64,000 bases of DNA from positions 25,212 through 89,211 of the forward strand of contig JAGAKV010000011.1 in assembly GCA_017625505.1 (NCBI GenBank). The letters are read 5' to 3'. Position 1 is the first letter of the stretch. Each line of letters starts with the position of its first letter. The notes under the pieces are model-generated. The model worked only from the letters and a program-made list of their open reading frames with translations. It had not been told where the DNA came from and ran no database searches. Source of the DNA: Clostridia bacterium (GTDB lineage: Bacteria; Bacillota; Clostridia; Christensenellales; UBA1242). Positions 60,288 through 64,000 of the stretch are shown here, piece by piece. The translations under genes and the position numbers were made by a program.

Positions 60288-60316
60288 TTGTAAAAGGAAA
60301 GGCTGACCATTTTACA
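60288..60316. promoter_or_regulatory. Split version of the palindrome: TTGTAAAA-N13-ATTTTACA
   Basis: The half-sites at 60288-60295 and 60309-60316 equal the two arms of the 18-bp palindrome. They end 9 nt upstream of the -35 box of the 60373 gene. Confidence 0.5.
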
Positions 60317-60325
60317 TATTATCTC

Positions 60326-60353
60326 TTGACAAGCGACAAAATTGTGCTATACT
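60326..60353 (+). promoter_or_regulatory. Promoter of the 233-aa hypothetical gene
   Basis: TTGACA (60326-31), a 16-nt spacer, and TATACT (60348-53). GGAGG lies upstream of ATG 60373. Confidence 0.6.
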
Positions 60354-60372
60354 TTTTGTATAGGAGGCACTT

Positions 60373-61074
60373 ATGGACGAAAATTTACCATCTTCTCAAT
60401 CTTCTGGCAAAAACCTGCATAAGAGAAAACAATCAAAAGCGTATGAAATTTTAGAAACAGTTGGCGCTGACGCTCACTCTATTGTGAGCATGATTTTAAA
60501 AAGCCACCAACACAATAAAGATGACCTTAATGCTTTAGCGCGCTGTTTGACTTCTTTTCTCAACAAAAAAGACGTCACCAAAATAGACTTTAATAAACTT
60601 TCAACAGCAAAACAAGCCTCAGGGCAATATAATGTTTTGTTGTCTAGCGAAGAAGCAGAAAAACACTTTGTAGACGCTGTTGAGTATGCCGCTGCCGACG
60701 CCAACCTTGCAACCGACGTTGTAAAAGAGCTTGTTGGAATTATCATAAGCAACAAACTTAGCCAAACTCAAATATTTAAAGACTACCTTTTAAAAAGCGG
60801 CGTGACAGGATATTGTTATACCAAAAGCGATATGTTTAAAGAGGAAATAATCAAACTTGATGATGCCTTTATCGCGTTAGAAAAGCAGACGCAGCCAAGC
60901 TTTAACCGCAGCGAATTTATCTCTCGTGCATACCCTTTTGCATTCTATTCAGCATATCAATCAATCAAAACAGACGATACGTCAATCATCTATTCATTCG
61001 CACTTGCATCAATCATGGAAATGAACATGCGACAAGGCTTGCTTGATGAAGAACACGCCGAAGAAAACGAATAA
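60373..61074 (+). CDS. Hypothetical cytoplasmic protein
   Basis: 233-aa ORF with a strong promoter and RBS. I recognised no domain. Confidence 0.55.
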   Translation: MDENLPSSQSSGKNLHKRKQSKAYEILETVGADAHSIVSMILKSHQHNKDDLNALARCLTSFLNKKDVTKIDFNKLSTAKQASGQYNVLLSSEEAEKHFVDAVEYAAADANLATDVVKELVGIIISNKLSQTQIFKDYLLKSGVTGYCYTKSDMFKEEIIKLDDAFIALEKQTQPSFNRSEFISRAYPFAFYSAYQSIKTDDTSIIYSFALASIMEMNMRQGLLDEEHAEENE

Positions 61075-61173
61075 TCCGAAAGCCGCCAAGCATCCACGCT
61101 TGGCATTTTTACTCTCAATAGCTTTTATTTTTAGCAAATTTTTCATTTTTTTTGATTTGATTTGCAAAAATTG

Positions 61174-61202
61174 TTGACAAATTAATTTATTTCGTGTATA
61201 AT
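61174..61202 (+). promoter_or_regulatory. tRNA-Lys promoter
   Basis: Consensus TTGACA (61174-79), a 17-nt spacer, and TATAAT (61197-202), 37 nt upstream of the tRNA. Confidence 0.7.
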
Positions 61203-61239
61203 GCCCTTGTCTTTAGTTGAGATATCAATTTATAGATTT

Positions 61240-61315
61240 GGACTGCTAGCTCAGTCGGTAGAGCATCTGACTCTTAATCAGGGGGTCCGGAGTTCGAGCC
61301 TCCGGCAGTCCACCA
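61240..61315 (+). tRNA. tRNA-Lys (anticodon CTT), CCA encoded
   Basis: Acceptor stem GGACTGC/GCAGTCC, D-arm AGCTCAGTCGGTAGAGC, anticodon loop CTCTTAA, and T-arm CCGGAGTTCGAGCCTCCGG. Confidence 0.92.
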
Positions 61316-61389
61316 AAACACATACCATAAGAACTTTAAACACATTATATGTTTTTAAATCAAATTCAGTTGGTATAATCATAAAAAAA

Positions 61390-61413
61390 GACTAGTTGCA
61401 ACTAGCCTTTTTT
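61390..61413 (+). terminator. Rho-independent terminator after tRNA-Lys
   Basis: 14-bp palindrome CTAGTTGCAACTAG followed by CC and a T6 run. Confidence 0.75.
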
Positions 61414-61672
61414 ATTGTTATAAATATAAAATGCTTAATCAAATTCAATAAACAAAGATATATCAACACTTTTTCACATTATTTTAAACCCTTTGCCTAG
61501 AATTATATTTTTAAAAAACAATCAAAATGAAACAATTATATTTATAACATTTTATAGATTACCACCCCCTTTTAACCATTAGAAAAAACAGATTGCCACA
61601 TTTTTTTGCGATGTCGCAATTTTTTTAGTAAAAAGCATTGACTTTTTCTTACACATCATTTATAATATAACT

Positions 61673-61766
61673 ACACAAAGCAAATGTTTTTTAACATTCT
61701 GTCGGCTTCGTTCCGACCTTTGCAAGGTGTAGGTGAAGTAAGATTTTATCTTACTTCTTTTTTTTT
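61673..61766 (+). ncRNA. Candidate small RNA (~95 nt) with its own consensus promoter and strong terminator
   Basis: TTGACT (61638-43), a 17-nt spacer, and TATAAT (61661-66). Internal hairpins are AATGTT/AACATT and GTCGG-CTTCGTT-CCGAC. The terminator is GAAGTAAGAT/ATCTTACTTC plus a T9 run (61735-61766). There is no RBS before the only ATG. Confidence 0.5.
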
Positions 61767-61976
61767 ATGTTGTAAATACTTTTCATATTCAACTAAAACA
61801 CAAACATTATTCACATCATATCTATTTTTAAAAACCCATAAAAAGAACTCTTTTAAAACAACCATTTTTTCTTTTGCTTGCATTATCTTATTTGTCTGTT
61901 TCATAGAGTCTTTTAAATAAGCTTTTTCATTATTATAAAGTATTGTTTCATCATTTATAATGCGTTTTTCTTTCAA
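61746..61976 (-). CDS. Small hypothetical protein (TTG start)
   Basis: 76 codons with AAGGAAGG 8 nt upstream of TTG 61976. Its 3' end overlaps the sRNA-candidate terminator. Confidence 0.4.
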   Translation of the reverse strand: MKEKRIINDETILYNNEKAYLKDSMKQTNKIMQAKEKMVVLKEFFLWVFKNRYDVNNVCVLVEYEKYLQHKKKEVR

Positions 61977-62005
61977 TGCTTTTCCTTCCTTTTTTCAAAT
62001 ATTTT

Positions 62006-62217
62006 CGGTTAAGTGTTACTATTGTCGAGTAGAGTAACACTTAACGGCAAGGCTTGGCTAAAGCCAAAGCCTATGCCGATATGAAAGCATTATTGTATAT
62101 CTGTTTGTAAAATGTTTGCTAACGCAAAAATTTTCTTACGAAAATTCAAGCATTTGACAAGCAGATATACAGTAATGCAAAGAGCAGTCAAGAAAACAAA
62201 ATGAAATATTTTGTTTT
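62006..62217. other. Array of four long stem-loops (structured RNA or DNA element)
   Basis: The helices are 62008-20/62033-45, 62046-58/62063-77, 62087-114/62151-178 (capped by two mini-hairpins) and 62193-202/62208-217. There is no ORF. Confidence 0.7.
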
Positions 62218-62431
62218 ACAAAACAATTTTTAAGAATTCACCTATATCAAAGTTTATATCTATAAGACCTTTATTTATAAATATGACTTTTATATTTTCT
62301 AAATCTTCGATAGTAAAATCAATTTTCTTGGCGAATTTATTTTGTAAAGTGCTGAAAGGCATACCAAGTTGAATAGCTAAATTTTTAATACTTATATTAT
62401 TATTTTTCATAAGCAATCTTAAATAAAACAT
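62216..62431 (-). CDS. Small HTH protein
   Basis: NISIKNLAIQLGMPFSTLQNKF is an HTH pattern. AGGTGG lies 5 nt upstream of ATG 62431. ATG 62410 is an alternative start. Confidence 0.5.
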   Translation of the reverse strand: MFYLRLLMKNNNISIKNLAIQLGMPFSTLQNKFAKKIDFTIEDLENIKVIFINKGLIDINFDIGEFLKIVL

Positions 62432-62440
62432 AAACACCAC

Positions 62441-63310
62441 CTATTCACAAATCAATTCTTGTAAAGTATAATTTTTAAAAAACTTATCTCTTAAAGCTTG
62501 TATCTGATATAAAAAAAGTTTACTTTGAGCTATAGTTTTATGGTAAACATACTTTTCTAACTCATCTTTAGTAATATTTAAACAGTTTGCATAATCTTCA
62601 ATATTACCATTTTCACGCATCAGTTGATAAATTTTAAAATCTTGAAAATTATATAATGTCTTTCCTTGCTTTTTAGCTTTTTCTCTTTCAAGCCATAATC
62701 GATGACAATTACTTGTTTCGAATTCATCACCATTATAATAAACATTTTTATAGAAAAAACCATTACAATTAAGCAAATCAAGAAAGTCAGCTCTAAACCC
62801 ACGAACCAATAAAACAAAGTCCTTTCTTGCTATCTTATGTATATTACAAATATCTTTAACCTTTTGTTTTTTAAAAAAATAACACATTAAAATTTTTTTA
62901 TTATCAAAATCATAGTTATTTATTAGTTCATTAAAAGACTTTAAAACAAGACTCTCGCATAAGATGTCAAAGTTATTACTTTTATCTTCTAAAACATCAT
63001 ATAAAAACAATTCTCTATCACCATTTTTAGAAATAGAAGTATCAAATGACATCAACAAATCATTTTGTTTAATTTTGTATAAACATTGCATAATTTTATT
63101 ATCTGCAATCTTTGAAAGCTCTAAAAATAAGTTATCTTTTGTTATATGGTTATTTTGTTTTATGTATTCTAACAAATCAATATAAACATCAAAGAGTATA
63201 TCATTTTTATAATCATCGAATTTATCCCCATAAAACCTTTTAATCTTTTGATTATATGAATTATTAAGGACTTTAAATTCAATACCATCTAAACCTTTAA
63301 AAACATTCAT
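62441..63310 (-). CDS. Hypothetical protein with sigma-factor-like / multi-HTH features
   Basis: 289 aa, very AT-rich codons. ...KKQKVKDICNIHKIARKDFVLLVRGFR... and ...DYANCLNITKDELEKYV... look like HTH segments. The family is uncertain. Confidence 0.5.
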   Translation of the reverse strand: MNVFKGLDGIEFKVLNNSYNQKIKRFYGDKFDDYKNDILFDVYIDLLEYIKQNNHITKDNLFLELSKIADNKIMQCLYKIKQNDLLMSFDTSISKNGDRELFLYDVLEDKSNNFDILCESLVLKSFNELINNYDFDNKKILMCYFFKKQKVKDICNIHKIARKDFVLLVRGFRADFLDLLNCNGFFYKNVYYNGDEFETSNCHRLWLEREKAKKQGKTLYNFQDFKIYQLMRENGNIEDYANCLNITKDELEKYVYHKTIAQSKLFLYQIQALRDKFFKNYTLQELICE

Positions 63311-63312
63311 AG

Positions 63313-63495
63313 TTACCCCTTATTATTTGTTTGATAAATTAACGCGCGAACTTCAGCCAAAAGCGAAACACTAGCTACATACACCCTTACAGGATAACCT
63401 AGTTTTTCAAGTGAACTAGCAAAAGTAAGCGCTTTTTCTTTGTCATCAAATTTTTTAACTTTACCATAATGTTTTACTTCATACAATGTTTTCAT
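63313..63495 (-). CDS. Small hypothetical protein
   Basis: 60-aa ORF. Its ATG overlaps the stop of an upstream 48-codon ORF (ATGA). It ends 2 nt before the next gene. Confidence 0.45.
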   Translation of the reverse strand: MKTLYEVKHYGKVKKFDDKEKALTFASSLEKLGYPVRVYVASVSLLAEVRALIYQTNNKG

Positions 63496-63638
63496 TTTAT
63501 TTTCTCCTTTCTATCTAAAACACAAGATTTAATATATTGATAAACTTTTTTATTAAATAAATCATAATCCAAAGGAGAAGCACGAGAAGTTGCAAACTCT
63601 TTATTGTCTTTTCTTGAAAATACATAACCAATAACCAT
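63492..63638 (-). CDS. Possible 48-aa ORF (below the ORF-track cut-off)
   Basis: My manual translation gives MVIGYVFSRKDNKEFATSRASPLDYDLFNKKVYQYIKSCVLDRKEKIK. Its stop overlaps the next ATG. The RBS is weak (GTGGGG). Confidence 0.25.
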   Translation of the reverse strand: MVIGYVFSRKDNKEFATSRASPLDYDLFNKKVYQYIKSCVLDRKEKIK

Positions 63639-63676
63639 ATAAACCCCACTTATATTTACGCACAATAATTATTCGT

Positions 63677-63719
63677 ATTGCAAATATTTATGTATAGTTT
63701 AATAAAGATTGCAAATATT
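63677..63719. promoter_or_regulatory. Two copies of ATTGCAAATATT in the divergent switch region (operator candidates)
   Basis: Exact 12-mers at 63677-63688 and 63708-63719, 31 bp apart, between the leftward operon and the XRE gene. Confidence 0.5.
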
Positions 63720-63795
63720 GTCAACTAATTTTAAACAAATACTTGATATTTTTCTAAAAATTTTATAAGATATACAAATAAAAGGAGCAAACTTT

Positions 63796-64000
63796 ATGAA
63801 ATTAAAAGAAATTAGAACAAAATGTTTAATGACTCAACAAGAAGTAGCACAAAAATTAAATATAACACAATCAACATACAGTGGCTATGAGTCCGGCAAA
63901 TACCAACCAAGTATTGACATTTTAATTGCCATAAGCAAATTATTTAAGGTGTCTATAGATTATTTACTAGGCAATGAAAACGAGTTTACAATCGATATGT
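63796..64000 (+). CDS. XRE-family (cI/Cro-like) HTH regulator, 3'-truncated by the window edge
   Basis: AAAGGAG RBS upstream. MKLKEIRTKCLMTQQEVAQKLNITQSTYSGYESGKYQPSIDILIAISKLFKVSIDYLLG is a canonical HTH_3 pattern. Confidence 0.85.
   Translation, partial: MKLKEIRTKCLMTQQEVAQKLNITQSTYSGYESGKYQPSIDILIAISKLFKVSIDYLLGNENEFTIDM

Larger units (their letters stand above)
61316..64000. mobile_element. AT-rich phage/satellite-like module abutting the tRNA-Lys 3' end (continues beyond the window)
   Basis: The sequence shifts abruptly to more AT-rich immediately after the tRNA. It carries small HTH genes, divergent XRE-type switch architecture and repeated operator-like sites. No integrase gene or second att copy is visible in the window. 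Confidence 0.5.

Noticed and set aside
61201-61395. ORF 61201-61395 (plus strand, 64 aa).
   Set aside because: It starts inside the tRNA-Lys promoter -10 box and is made up mostly of the tRNA-Lys gene itself.
61684-61920. ORF of 78 aa (plus strand) starting inside the sRNA candidate.
   Set aside because: It has no Shine-Dalgarno. The frame passes through a 10-bp stem plus T9 terminator and then runs antisense to a better-supported minus-strand ORF. A non-coding interpretation is preferred.

Overview
This is a 64-kb chromosomal window from a low-GC, Gram-positive-type (Bacillota/Clostridia-like) genome. Bases 1 to about 53,080 are mainly conserved housekeeping operons, mostly on the minus strand: mreB-minD-minE-like, ppx/gppA, tsaE-tsaB, rnj, greA, rlmH, tadA, groES-groEL, a parE-parC-type topoisomerase pair, murG, ylxM-ffh-rpsP-KH-rimM-trmD-rbgA-yraN, lepA-hemW and rsmD. 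Very large surface proteins and a few unusual small genes sit between them. From about 53.1 kb to the end the content is accessory. It holds an intact but isolated phage terminase large subunit, an ArpU/sigma-r4-like regulator, tRNA-Leu(CAA) with its 3' end repeated twice just downstream, and a GC-rich non-coding patch. It also holds lexA plus a small zinc-ribbon gene, a stand-alone Spo0A C-terminal-domain protein, a BspA/DUF285 LRR surface protein and tRNA-Lys(CUU). After tRNA-Lys comes a visibly more AT-rich phage/satellite-like module that runs off the window. I recognised no rRNA, CRISPR array, transposase or integrase. The best leads for something undescribed are four. (1) A dense roughly 210-nt stem-loop array and a separate promoter-to-terminator sRNA candidate inside the AT-rich element. 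(2) An identical 24-bp motif carrying a perfect 18-bp palindrome upstream of two promoters, with a split version at a third, next to four phased 10-bp repeats that resemble Spo0A boxes. (3) The tRNA-Leu 3'-end repeats, which fold into a tRNA-like hairpin. (4) A 137/138-bp tandem repeat with terminator-like hairpins at 20.7 kb. All functional calls rest on motif recognition by eye. No database search or folding program was run.
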